In this document: positions 17,134-26,599 of the stretch, in pieces
Numbering within the stretch: position 1 is the first letter of the stretch
How the letters are laid out: each line of letters starts with the position of its first letter
NCBI GenBank assembly: GCA_944391115.1
Contig: CALXSJ010000003.1
Coordinates: 167,574 to 231,573 of the forward strand
DNA length: 64,000 bases
Origin: an uncultured Victivallales bacterium
Lineage (GTDB): Bacteria > Verrucomicrobiota > Lentisphaeria > Victivallales > UBA1829
Direction of reading: 5' to 3'
Notes under the pieces: model-generated
The model's database searches: none
The model's input: the letters and a program-made list of their open reading frames with translations, nothing else
Told to the model about the DNA's origin: nothing
Position numbers and translations under genes: made by a program

Positions 17134-17874
17134 ATGAACAACAGGATTCCCGCGGTGGAAAAAACCATTCTCCTGATGGAGCTTCTTGCAAAGTCCCCGG
17201 AAGGCGCGACGCAGTCGGAGCTGAAACGGGAACTGGCCATTTCGATGAGCACGGCTTACCGGATTCTCCAGACGCTGCTGAAACACAAATGGGTCAGAAA
17301 GAACGCGGACGGCGTTTACATGCCGGACAACGGTCTGCTTCCGCTGCTCTGCCGTTTCCGCGACAGCATGGACATTCTGGAACAGGCGCAGCGCGTCATC
17401 GACAAAGTCGCCTCCGCTCATGAAATCGCCTGCAAGCTCTCCATCCGCCGCGGTTCCGAACAGGTGACACTCCTCCGTGCGGAACCTGCGGGGCCTTTTG
17501 CCCTGACCGGGCAGGTCGGCTCGAGTTTTCCCGTGATCGAAGGTTCCGTGGGGGCGGCGCTGCTCTGCGAGGAAAGCGAAGACGAAATTCTGGAGCTTGC
17601 CGGCGAATGCCGCGCGGATCTGCCGGAGAAGCGGGAACCGGAACTTGTGCTGCGGGCGGTCCGGGATGTCCGGGAAAAGGGGTATGCGCTCAATCTCCGC
17701 AGAAACCGCTGGAACATTGCGGCCATGTCGATGCCGGTCCGGAACGCCGGCGGCTCGGTCATCGCCGCTCTTACGCTGATCGGAACGGAATCCGATTTTG
17801 CACCCGGCAGGCGGAAAAAACAGTTGTCGATTCTGGAAAAAGCAGTCCATGACTGTATGAATCATTCATCATAA
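17134..17874 (+). CDS. IclR-family transcriptional regulator
   Basis: N-terminal wHTH (VEKTILLMELLAKSPEGATQSELKRELAISMSTAYRILQTL) plus an IclR-type effector domain. Confidence 0.85.
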   Translation: MNNRIPAVEKTILLMELLAKSPEGATQSELKRELAISMSTAYRILQTLLKHKWVRKNADGVYMPDNGLLPLLCRFRDSMDILEQAQRVIDKVASAHEIACKLSIRRGSEQVTLLRAEPAGPFALTGQVGSSFPVIEGSVGAALLCEESEDEILELAGECRADLPEKREPELVLRAVRDVREKGYALNLRRNRWNIAAMSMPVRNAGGSVIAALTLIGTESDFAPGRRKKQLSILEKAVHDCMNHSS

Positions 17875-17889
17875 ATCAAGGAGAATCCA

Positions 17890-19221
17890 ATGTTCAGCGA
17901 AGAGGCGAAGAGACTTTCCAGGGAAATTCTCGCGGAGAATTCCGAGATCGATTTCCGGATCCGGACCGGAACGGAGATGTACCGGAAAGGATTCGGGCAT
18001 TTCCTGCTTACGGACGCGGCGGGAAAGGAACTGCCCGGCGCGACGGTCCGCCTGAAACAGAAAACGCATGAATACAAATTCGGCTGCAACGCCTTCATGA
18101 TCGATTCCTTCCCGGAAAAGGAGCAGAACGAACGCTACGAGGAGGTGTTCGCCTCCCTGTTCAACCTTGCCGTCGTTCCGTTCTACTGGAGCGATCTGGA
18201 ACCGGAGCCGGGAAAAGAGCGTTTCGCCAGGGACAGTTCCTTCTGCTACCGCCGTCCCGCGCCCGACCGGGTTCTGGAATTCTGTGAAAAACACGGCATC
18301 ACCCCGAAGGGACATCCGCTCTGCTGGCATCTTTTCTGGCCGGAATGGATTCCGAACAACACCGTCGACAACATGCGTTTCCTGCGGAACCGCATCGAGC
18401 GGATCGCCGCGCGCTATAAAGACCGGATTCCGATCTGGGACGTGGTCAACGAGGCGCAGTCGCGCCATCCCGCCTGCCGCACGGACATTCCCGTGTTTCC
18501 GGATGATTACGTGGAGCGCGTCTTCCGTATGGCGGAGCGCTTCCTGCCGGACTGCCGGAAAATTTACAATGACGACAGTACCTGGTGGAACTGGCAGGGC
18601 GACTACTCTCCCTCCTACCGCCTGATCCGTCGCCTTCAGGAGCGCGGCTGCAGCGTGGACGGAATCGGAGTTCAGTATCATATGTTTGAAAACATGCTCG
18701 GAGACCGCTGCTGCGGCGTCAACCGCCCGCTGACCCCGCGATGCATCCTGAAGTGTCTGGACCAGTACCGGAAACTGGATATTCCGGTCAATTTCTCCGA
18801 GGTCAGCATCATCAGCCGGCGCGATCTCGGCGACGGCGACACCTTTCAGGAGCTGGTCGCGGAAAAGCTCTACCGCCTCTGGTTCAGCCATCCCGCGACC
18901 GAGGCCATCATCTGGTGGAACCTTGTCGACGGAACCGGCGCCTACGCGCCGCTCGGAAGCGAGAAAGGGGAAAACGCTCTTCGAGCGGGTCTGGTCAACT
19001 ACGACTTCACCCCCAAAGCGGCTTTCCTGGCTCTCGAACGCCTCATCCGGAAGGAGTGGCATACGGAATGCGTGCTGGAATACCGGGCGGGCGGGGATAA
19101 CCGCTTCCACGGCTTCTACGGGCAGTACGAGGCGGAAATTGAAACGGAGAGCGGAAAAGTCACCCTGCCTGTTTCGCTCAGCAAGTTCTCCGAAAACGAA
19201 TTCAGGATTGCAGTCAAATAA
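17890..19221 (+). CDS. GH10-family glycoside hydrolase (xylanase-like), cytoplasmic, paralog 1
   Basis: WDVVNEA (acid/base Glu) and VNFSEVSI (nucleophile Glu position). YWSDLEPEPGKERF. No signal peptide. Confidence 0.8.
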   Translation: MFSEEAKRLSREILAENSEIDFRIRTGTEMYRKGFGHFLLTDAAGKELPGATVRLKQKTHEYKFGCNAFMIDSFPEKEQNERYEEVFASLFNLAVVPFYWSDLEPEPGKERFARDSSFCYRRPAPDRVLEFCEKHGITPKGHPLCWHLFWPEWIPNNTVDNMRFLRNRIERIAARYKDRIPIWDVVNEAQSRHPACRTDIPVFPDDYVERVFRMAERFLPDCRKIYNDDSTWWNWQGDYSPSYRLIRRLQERGCSVDGIGVQYHMFENMLGDRCCGVNRPLTPRCILKCLDQYRKLDIPVNFSEVSIISRRDLGDGDTFQELVAEKLYRLWFSHPATEAIIWWNLVDGTGAYAPLGSEKGENALRAGLVNYDFTPKAAFLALERLIRKEWHTECVLEYRAGGDNRFHGFYGQYEAEIETESGKVTLPVSLSKFSENEFRIAVK

Positions 19222-19233
19222 AGGAAACGGAAC

Positions 19234-20556
19234 ATGAACGGAACAATCGACCCGTCCACACTCAGAATCACGGACATGCGGTTCGCCGACATCGACGGCG
19301 CGCCGAAACGCTGCACGCTCATCAAGCTCTACACCAACCAGGGACTTGTCGGATACGGCGAGGTACGCGACGCGTCAAGCCGGACTTATGCCGCGATGCT
19401 CAAGAGCCGCATTCTCGGGGAGAATCCCTGCAACGTGGAGAAAATCTTCCGGCGGATCAAGCAGTTCGGCGGAGATTCGCGTCAGGCGGGCGGCGTCTGC
19501 GGAATTGAAGTCGCTCTGTGGGACCTCGCAGGAAAGGCATGGGGCGTTCCCGTCTGGCAGCTTCTCGGCGGAAAGTTCCGCGACCGGATCCGGATTTACT
19601 GCGACACGGATTCCGAAGGCGGCGGGCGCGATATGGGAAAAGCCCTCAAGGAGCGCATGGCGCAGGGCTACACCTTCCTGAAAATGGATCTCGGGATTGA
19701 ACTCCTGATGGATGTCCCCGGCGCGCTTTCCGCCCCGCTCGGTTTCCTGGAGAAAATGCGCGAATACAAGAAGACGGTCTTTTCGACGCCGCACGGTTCG
19801 ATCGACCCGCGCGCGATGCGCGGCGAGGCTTACGATCTCTTCAACACCGCGCATCCGTTCACGGGAATCCACATCACGGAAAAGGGGCTGGATTATCTGG
19901 AGCAGTACATGGCCGACTGCCGCGCCGTCACGGGGTATGAAATCCCGATCGCGATCGATCATCTGGGGCATATCCCGCTGGAGGACTGCATCAAGCTTGC
20001 GAAACGGCTCGAGAAGTTCAATCTCGCCTGGATGGAGGATCCCGTTCCGTGGCAGATGACGAATCAGTATGTGCGTCTCGCGAACGCCACGACGGTCCCG
20101 GTCGGCACCGGAGAGGACATGTATCTCAAGGAGTCGTTCCGGCCGCTGCTGGAATCCGGCGCGCTTGCCGTGATCCATCCCGACGTCCTGAGCGCCGGCG
20201 GCATTCTCGAAACGAAGAAGATCGGCGACATGGCCGAGGAGTGCGGTGTCCAGATGTCGATTCACATGGCGGAGAGCCCGATTGCCTGCATGGCCGCCGT
20301 TCACGTCGCCGCCGCGACGCGCAACTTCATGGCGCTTGAGGTGCATTCCGTCGATGTTCCGTGGTGGGCGGATCTCGTGGTCCCGCGTCTTGAGATCCGG
20401 GACGGCTATATCGCCGTGCCGGACAAGCCCGGACTGGGAATCGACGGACTCAACGAGGATCTGATTGCGGAAAAACTCCATGGAGATTTCCCCGTCGCCT
20501 GGGAATCCACGGAACAGTGGGACAAGGAATGGGCGAACGACCGGCAGTGGTCATGA
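19234..20556 (+). CDS. enolase-superfamily (mandelate racemase/muconate lactonizing enzyme family) sugar-acid dehydratase candidate
   Basis: 440 aa. GYGEVRD capping region and metal-ligand-like AIDHLG / AWMEDP / GTGED blocks. Confidence 0.8.
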   Translation: MNGTIDPSTLRITDMRFADIDGAPKRCTLIKLYTNQGLVGYGEVRDASSRTYAAMLKSRILGENPCNVEKIFRRIKQFGGDSRQAGGVCGIEVALWDLAGKAWGVPVWQLLGGKFRDRIRIYCDTDSEGGGRDMGKALKERMAQGYTFLKMDLGIELLMDVPGALSAPLGFLEKMREYKKTVFSTPHGSIDPRAMRGEAYDLFNTAHPFTGIHITEKGLDYLEQYMADCRAVTGYEIPIAIDHLGHIPLEDCIKLAKRLEKFNLAWMEDPVPWQMTNQYVRLANATTVPVGTGEDMYLKESFRPLLESGALAVIHPDVLSAGGILETKKIGDMAEECGVQMSIHMAESPIACMAAVHVAAATRNFMALEVHSVDVPWWADLVVPRLEIRDGYIAVPDKPGLGIDGLNEDLIAEKLHGDFPVAWESTEQWDKEWANDRQWS

Positions 20557-20580
20557 TTTCCGGAAAAAAAGGATGCGTTT

Positions 20581-21912
20581 ATGAGCAGTCGAAGCGAAGT
20601 GCTGAAGCCCTTTGAACGCAAAAAGGCGTTCATGGAGGACCGGATCGAACACGGGATCGAACTGTACCGGAAGGGATTTGCCTTCCTGCATTTCCGGGAT
20701 GCCATGGAGCGTCCCGTCCGCGGCGTGCGTGTGCACATCCGCCAGAAATCGCATGACTTCCGGTACGGCGCGAATCTTTTCATGCTCGGGGAATTCGATT
20801 CCTCCGAACAGAACGCGGCATACGAAAGTCTGTTCGCGGATGCGTTCAACATCGCGACCCTTCCGTTCTACTGGAGCGATCTTGAGCCCGAGCCGGGGAA
20901 GCCGCGCTTTGCCAAAGACAGCCCGAAACGCTACCGGCGGCCCGCTCCCGATCTCTGCCTCGAATACTGCGAGGCCAGGGGAATCGAACCCAAGGCGCAC
21001 TGTCTGAACTACGCCGCCTTCCATCCGGAATGGGCAAAAGGGGATGTGATGACGGAGAAGCGGCTCCTCGACAAGCGTTTCCGCGAACTTGCCGCGCGTT
21101 ATTCCGAACGCATTCCGAGCTGGGAGGTCACGAACGAAACTTTCTGGGGGATGCGGATTCCCCGCTATTCCGAACTGTACCGGCAGGACGATCTGATCGA
21201 ATGGAGTTTTGCGGAGGCCGAACGCCATTTCCCCATGAACCGCTTGATTATCAACGAGGCGCACTGCCGCATCTGGGGGCCGGATTATTTTTACGGGACG
21301 CGCAGTCCCTATTACATGCAGATCGAACGCGCGCTCCGCTCCGGCAGACGCATCGACAGCATCGGCATGCAGTTCCACATGTTCTACCGCGCGGAGGAGG
21401 AGATCGCGCAAACCGCCGTCTACTATGATCCGGAACGGATTTACGACGTGCTTGACACGTACGCGAAACTCGGGAGGAGGATCCAGCTGACGGAACTGAC
21501 GATTCCCGCCTACACGCGCGAAGCGGAGGATGAGGCGCTTCAGGCCGAAATTCTCCGGAATCTCTACAGCATGTGGTTCAGCCATCCCGCCATGGAGGGG
21601 ATCATTTACTGGAACCTCGTGGACGGATTCGCCGCATGCGCGGCGCAGGGGGATATGACGGCGGGGGAAAATTACTATCACGGCGGTCTTGTCCGTCATG
21701 ACTTTACGCCGAAGGAGGCATACCGCGTGATCCGGGATCTTTTCTCAAAGACCTGGCACACGGAACTGACGCTTGAAACCGATACGGACGAACTCGATTT
21801 CAAGGGGTTTTACGGCGTTTACGAGCTGGAAATTGAAGCGGGCGGGAAAACTGTCCGGCGGGAAATCCATCTGAACAGGGACAGCAACAGCTGTTTCCAT
21901 ATTGTGATCTGA
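20581..21912 (+). CDS. GH10-family glycoside hydrolase, cytoplasmic, paralog 2
   Basis: WEVTNET and IQLTELTI catalytic blocks. YWSDLEPEPGKPRF is nearly identical to paralog 1. No signal peptide. Confidence 0.8.
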   Translation: MSSRSEVLKPFERKKAFMEDRIEHGIELYRKGFAFLHFRDAMERPVRGVRVHIRQKSHDFRYGANLFMLGEFDSSEQNAAYESLFADAFNIATLPFYWSDLEPEPGKPRFAKDSPKRYRRPAPDLCLEYCEARGIEPKAHCLNYAAFHPEWAKGDVMTEKRLLDKRFRELAARYSERIPSWEVTNETFWGMRIPRYSELYRQDDLIEWSFAEAERHFPMNRLIINEAHCRIWGPDYFYGTRSPYYMQIERALRSGRRIDSIGMQFHMFYRAEEEIAQTAVYYDPERIYDVLDTYAKLGRRIQLTELTIPAYTREAEDEALQAEILRNLYSMWFSHPAMEGIIYWNLVDGFAACAAQGDMTAGENYYHGGLVRHDFTPKEAYRVIRDLFSKTWHTELTLETDTDELDFKGFYGVYELEIEAGGKTVRREIHLNRDSNSCFHIVI

Positions 21913-22111
21913 ACGGAAGGAGAGCGGGAGAGATGCTGTCACGGAAAGAGTGGAACGGAAATGTCCGGGAAGTCGGGATCCGCTTTCCGGCACGCCCGTC
22001 TTGTGCCGGTGACAGGTTTCCGGGGCCATCCCGCGGAAATCCCCCTGCCGTCAGAAGCGTCCGCGGCATATCCGGAAGCTTGAATTTCTTCTTAAGACAG
22101 GAGTGACAGAC

Positions 22112-23602
22112 ATGACCACCTATCAGGAACCGCAGGTTTCCGGGGAAGAGATTGATGCGGCATTTTCAGATGCCTACAGAAAGCTCTGGAACGAGGACGA
22201 ACAGCGCAGGATTGACGCGGACATCGAAAAGAACCGCAAGGCGGACGGAGAATTTCAGCTGCCCGCTTCCGCCGCGGGGCGCGAAGTCCGGGCCGAACAG
22301 CTTTCCCACGACTTCATCTTCGGCGCGCACATCTTCAACTTCGATCAGCTCGGCAGCGACGAGCGCAACGCCCGCTACCGGGAACTCTACGGGACGCTCT
22401 TCAATTCCGCGACGATCGCATTCTACTGGAAGACGCTCGAGCCTGAAGAAGGGCATCCCCGTTTCCAGGCCGGATACCGCGATACCGCGGAGTTCTGGAA
22501 TCATTGCCCGGAACCGAACAGTCAGCCGCACTGGCGGCGTCCGGCTGTCGATCCCGTCGTGGAATTCTGCCGTTCGAAAGGAATCCGCCTGCACGGACAC
22601 ACGCTTGTCTGGGGAAACAACACCTGGCAGATTCCGGACTGGCTCATCAACCGGATTCCGTTCGACTATCTGAAAAAGGCGAACCTGGAACGCAATCCGG
22701 TGAATCACACGCTTCCGGGCAATGCGACCGCTCATGCGTTTGAAGAAATGAGCGTCCGGGAAATGGAGGAGGCTCTTCCGGAATATGCGACGCTCATCAA
22801 TACGCTCATGGCAAAACGCATCATTGAAATTGCGATGCGTTACGGCGACAAGGTGGACAGCTGGGACGTTGTCAATGAGAGCTCTGTGGATTTCGGACCG
22901 GGCCTGATGGTTCCCGGTTCGAAGCTCTGCAAAAGCGCTTACGGCCCGATGCCGGGGGACTACGCATACCGGGGATTCAAGTTCGCCGAAGGCGTGCTTC
23001 CTCCGCAGGCGAAACTCAATATCAACGATTACAATCTCTGCGATGCCTACGCGGACCAGGTGAACGATCTGCGGGCGCGCGGCTGCCGGATCGACATCAT
23101 GGGCGCGCAGATGCATCTCTTCAATCCGCAGACCTGCCTGGACATCGCCGAGGGCAGGAGTCTCGTTCAGTCTCCGGACAAAGTGCGCGAGTCCATGAAA
23201 TGCATCGGCCGCGCCGGACTGCCGATTCATCTTTCCGAAATCACGATCACTTCGCCCGGCAGCGGCCGGCACGGACAGATTGTGCAGGCGGGAATCGCCC
23301 GCAATCTCTACCGTCTCTGGTTCAGCCTTGAACCGATGATGGGAATCACATGGTGGAATGTCGTGGACGGCTGCGGCGCCCCGGGCGAACCGGCGGCCTC
23401 CGGGCTTTTCACGCGGGAGATGGAACCGAAACTTTCATACTTCGCACTGGAAAAACTGATTCTTCACGAATGGCGCACCCGTCTGGTCCTCACTGCGGAC
23501 GCGGAGTCGCACGTGGCCTTCCGCGGGTTCCGCGGCCGTTACCGGCTCGCCTGGACCGGAGCGGACGGCCGTGAAGAGTCCATGATTTGTCACTTGAAAT
23601 AA
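22112..23602 (+). CDS. GH10-family glycoside hydrolase, cytoplasmic, paralog 3
   Basis: WDVVNES and IHLSEITI. ATG at 22112 has AGGAG 8 nt upstream, whereas the ORF track begins at the GTG at 22103. No signal peptide. Confidence 0.8.
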   Translation: MTTYQEPQVSGEEIDAAFSDAYRKLWNEDEQRRIDADIEKNRKADGEFQLPASAAGREVRAEQLSHDFIFGAHIFNFDQLGSDERNARYRELYGTLFNSATIAFYWKTLEPEEGHPRFQAGYRDTAEFWNHCPEPNSQPHWRRPAVDPVVEFCRSKGIRLHGHTLVWGNNTWQIPDWLINRIPFDYLKKANLERNPVNHTLPGNATAHAFEEMSVREMEEALPEYATLINTLMAKRIIEIAMRYGDKVDSWDVVNESSVDFGPGLMVPGSKLCKSAYGPMPGDYAYRGFKFAEGVLPPQAKLNINDYNLCDAYADQVNDLRARGCRIDIMGAQMHLFNPQTCLDIAEGRSLVQSPDKVRESMKCIGRAGLPIHLSEITITSPGSGRHGQIVQAGIARNLYRLWFSLEPMMGITWWNVVDGCGAPGEPAASGLFTREMEPKLSYFALEKLILHEWRTRLVLTADAESHVAFRGFRGRYRLAWTGADGREESMICHLK

Positions 23603-23624
23603 ACAACCGCAAGGAGGATATGTT

Positions 23625-24380
23625 ATGCCGTCACTCAAAGACATGAGAGGAAAAGCCAAGGAAGCCGGACTGATGAAACTGGACAAGCTCATTGCGACGC
23701 GCCAGCGCATTCCGGACTGCACGTTCCCCGTTCCGGTGAAGGAACTCTGCGAACGCTATGAAAAACTTTACACCGGGTGCATCAACGACGTGATGCGCGA
23801 ACTCTGTCTGCTGAACCAGAATCTTCCCTCGGACATCATGCCGCTGCGCGACGAAATGACCGTCTGCGGCGAGGCGTTCACAGTGAAAAGCGCCCCCAAC
23901 GTCATGATCGAAGGCGAAATGACGTTCCGCGCGCAGATGCTTGACGACTTCAAGCCCGAGGGCGTTGTTGTCTGGGACACATCCGAGGATACCGAGGCCT
24001 CCCTCTGGGGCGGCGTCATGACCGCGACCGCGATCACCAAGGGCATCCGCGGCGCCGTGATCGCCGGCGGCATCCGCGACACCAGGCAGATTCTCGAACA
24101 GAAGTTTCCCGTCTTTTACAAATACCGCACCAGCAACGGTTCGCTCGGGCGCTGCATGATTACGCATTATCAGGTTCCCGTCCGGATCGGCAAGGTCACG
24201 GTCCGTCCCGGCGACATCATCTTCGGAGACATCGACGGCGTCCTCTGCATCCCCCGGGAGATCGCCTACGACGTGCTGCTCCGGGCCGAGGGAATCGAAC
24301 GCAACGAGATCGACATCTTCTCCTGGGTCCGGCAGGGCGACACCATTTCCGAAATTATCGACAAGGGCGGATACTTCTGA
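23625..24380 (+). CDS. RraA-family protein / class II pyruvate aldolase (HMG/CHA-aldolase-like)
   Basis: GGVMTATAITKGIRGAVIAGGIRD block typical of the RraA/aldolase family. AAGGAGG RBS. Confidence 0.75.
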   Translation: MPSLKDMRGKAKEAGLMKLDKLIATRQRIPDCTFPVPVKELCERYEKLYTGCINDVMRELCLLNQNLPSDIMPLRDEMTVCGEAFTVKSAPNVMIEGEMTFRAQMLDDFKPEGVVVWDTSEDTEASLWGGVMTATAITKGIRGAVIAGGIRDTRQILEQKFPVFYKYRTSNGSLGRCMITHYQVPVRIGKVTVRPGDIIFGDIDGVLCIPREIAYDVLLRAEGIERNEIDIFSWVRQGDTISEIIDKGGYF

Positions 24381-24430
24381 GGAAAAAGTCCGCGGATGCG
24401 GATTCCTGCCAATGAGAGAAAGGAAGAGGC

Positions 24431-25183
24431 ATGTTGAAGCAATATTTCAGTCTGAGCGGGAAAAAGGCGCTTGTCACAGGTTCCAGCCGGGGAATCGGGC
24501 GTTCCATTGCAATGCTGCTCGGGGAGGCCGGGGCGGAGGTCTGGTTTCATGCCAGTTGCCCTTCCGCGGTTCTTGATTCGACGATCGCCGAAGCGTCCCG
24601 GCGGAACATCGCGTGCCGCTCCGTCACGGCGGACCTTTCCGCTTTGGAGGGGGTCGGACAGCTCGTCCATGCGGTGCGCGAATGCGACATCCTGATCCTG
24701 AACGCGTCCGTTCAGAGCTACCGGACGCTGGACGATTTCGATCCGGAGGAGTTTGCGCGCGAATTCAACACCAATGTGCGCGCCTCCTTTGCCCTTGTCC
24801 GGGCGTTTCTGCCGGGCATGCGCAACCGCGGATTCGGGCGCATTGTCACGATCGGCAGCGTCAACCAGTGGAAGCAGTCGCCCCGGCTCAGCATTTACGC
24901 CGCAACGAAGTCCGCGCAGGCGAACATGATTATGAACTGCGCCCGCACTTCGGCGGAATTCGGCGTGACTGCGAACAACATCGCGCCCGGCGTCATTGCC
25001 ACGGACCGGAACCGCGAGGCGCTCGGCGATCCCGCCGCGGCTCAGAGGATTCTGGAGCAGATTCCCGCCCGGCGTTTCGGCACTCCCGACGATTGCGCGG
25101 GAATAGTGCTTCTGCTCTGCTCCGAAGCGGGAAGCTACATCACGGGAGCGGACATTCCCGTGGCCGGCGGGATGCAGCTGTAG
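24431..25183 (+). CDS. SDR-family oxidoreductase
   Basis: TGSSRGIGRSIA (TGxxxGxG) and YAATKSA (YxxxK). Confidence 0.9.
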   Translation: MLKQYFSLSGKKALVTGSSRGIGRSIAMLLGEAGAEVWFHASCPSAVLDSTIAEASRRNIACRSVTADLSALEGVGQLVHAVRECDILILNASVQSYRTLDDFDPEEFAREFNTNVRASFALVRAFLPGMRNRGFGRIVTIGSVNQWKQSPRLSIYAATKSAQANMIMNCARTSAEFGVTANNIAPGVIATDRNREALGDPAAAQRILEQIPARRFGTPDDCAGIVLLLCSEAGSYITGADIPVAGGMQL

Positions 25184-25189
25184 GAACGT

Positions 25190-25211
25190 TCCGGGGGGCT
25201 TTCCCCCCGGA
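25190..25211. terminator. strong GC hairpin between convergent SDR and DUF2156 genes (no U-tract)
   Basis: TCCGGGGGG (25190-25198) / CCCCCCGGA (25203-25211), loop CTTT. There is no flanking T-run, so terminator function is uncertain. Confidence 0.4.
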
Positions 25212-25242
25212 CCTGTGACAGCGGAAGTCCGGATGCTTCAAT

Positions 25243-26154
25243 TCAGTCCGCGCGGGGGCGCAGATAGTAATCCCGGAGCATCAGGACCGGCATGTAGGAC
25301 TGCTTCGCATGGCGCAGCCCCGGAATGCCGAGATCCTGCTCCCGGTTGATGAATTCATACCGGTTCAGAAGATGTTTCGCCGTCTGATTCGTAATGACCT
25401 GGGAGGCTCCCTTGCAGTCCAGGTCCGCCTTCTCGAACTGGACGGTGCAGGAGTTGAACGTGAGACGGCTGAACACGGCGTATGCCTTGAGTTCCCCGCC
25501 CGCCAGAAGCATCAGTCCGTCGAATCCGAGCTGTCCGTAATGCTCCAGGGCGCGGTTGATCGCCCTGCGTTCGTTCTCCACCCTCGTGTCGTCGAGATGT
25601 TCCAGACGCCAGTGCTCCGTCAGGGAGATGACGGTCCGGAAGTCCTCCTTTTCAATTCGCTTCAGTTCAAAACTGTCGTAATTGCGTTCGAACTGCGAGA
25701 TCAGGTTGCGCTTTTTGGAGAGTTTCCCCCCGGGGAGTTCCGCCAGGGATCTTGTCAGATAGATGTATTCGTCGTTTTCGGCGCCCATCGGGACGGGTTC
25801 GAAGTATTCGCGGAGCTCCGGATGGGTCGCGATATAGGAGGGAGGGACATGCGCGATGGTTCCGGAAAACGAATGCGCGCGGAGTTCCCGGGAAACTGCG
25901 GCAAGTTCGCGGACCGGAACCGGTTTTTCCCCGCACGGGAACAGCAGCTCGTCCACGGAAGGCATATGCACGTAAAGGCGGCCGTTGAAAAAGCTTCGGA
26001 CCGTTCCATAGACTTCCGCCCAGATGTAGAGATTCGGAAAGCTGTATTCGCAGCTCGGATATCCGGAAAGGGCCAGGCTGCGCTGAATTTCCTCCATATC
26101 GTCCATGGAGACGGGTTTCATCGCACCGTAATCGAAGGAGAATTCCGTGCTCAT
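25243..26154 (-). CDS. DUF2156-like protein (MprF C-terminal / aminoacyl-transferase-like fold)
   Basis: 303 aa. N-terminal ...EYSFPNLYIWAEVYG... pattern that I recall from DUF2156 proteins. Assignment is from memory and needs an HMM. Confidence 0.5.
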   Translation of the reverse strand: MSTEFSFDYGAMKPVSMDDMEEIQRSLALSGYPSCEYSFPNLYIWAEVYGTVRSFFNGRLYVHMPSVDELLFPCGEKPVPVRELAAVSRELRAHSFSGTIAHVPPSYIATHPELREYFEPVPMGAENDEYIYLTRSLAELPGGKLSKKRNLISQFERNYDSFELKRIEKEDFRTVISLTEHWRLEHLDDTRVENERRAINRALEHYGQLGFDGLMLLAGGELKAYAVFSRLTFNSCTVQFEKADLDCKGASQVITNQTAKHLLNRYEFINREQDLGIPGLRHAKQSYMPVLMLRDYYLRPRAD

Positions 26155-26175
26155 AAAAATCCTTGTTTTTTGCGT

Positions 26176-26592
26176 TCAGAACCTCATCGGGGTGAATGAG
26201 TCCATTTTTTTCCCGGAGGTCTTCGCATAAAAGGCCTCGGTGCCGGGAGCCCCCACGCAAAGCACCCAGTCGCATCCTTTCTTTTTCAGGAATGCGGCGA
26301 GACGCTCCAGTATCTCCCCGCCGATTCCGCGTCCGCGGAAGGCTTTGAGAACCACGAGATCCAGCATGTATGCGTCGCTGACGCCGTCTGAAAACGCGCG
26401 CATCATTCCGATGAGCCGCCCGTTCCGGAAGGCCGCGGACACGGCATAGGACCCCTTCAGCATTGCCCGGAGCATGTTCTTGTCAACCGGTTCAGCGATC
26501 CAGCCCGCCTCCAGATAGAGCGCGGCGACCTCGTCGAGATTCAGATCGCGCTCCATCCGGAATTCGATTTCTCCGTTTTCCGCGGCGTTCAT
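26176..26592 (-). CDS. GNAT-family N-acetyltransferase
   Basis: 138 aa. VVLKAFRGRGIGGEILERL (acetyl-CoA binding R-x-x-G-x-G motif). Confidence 0.8.
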   Translation of the reverse strand: MNAAENGEIEFRMERDLNLDEVAALYLEAGWIAEPVDKNMLRAMLKGSYAVSAAFRNGRLIGMMRAFSDGVSDAYMLDLVVLKAFRGRGIGGEILERLAAFLKKKGCDWVLCVGAPGTEAFYAKTSGKKMDSFTPMRF

Positions 26593-26599
26593 GAGAGTT

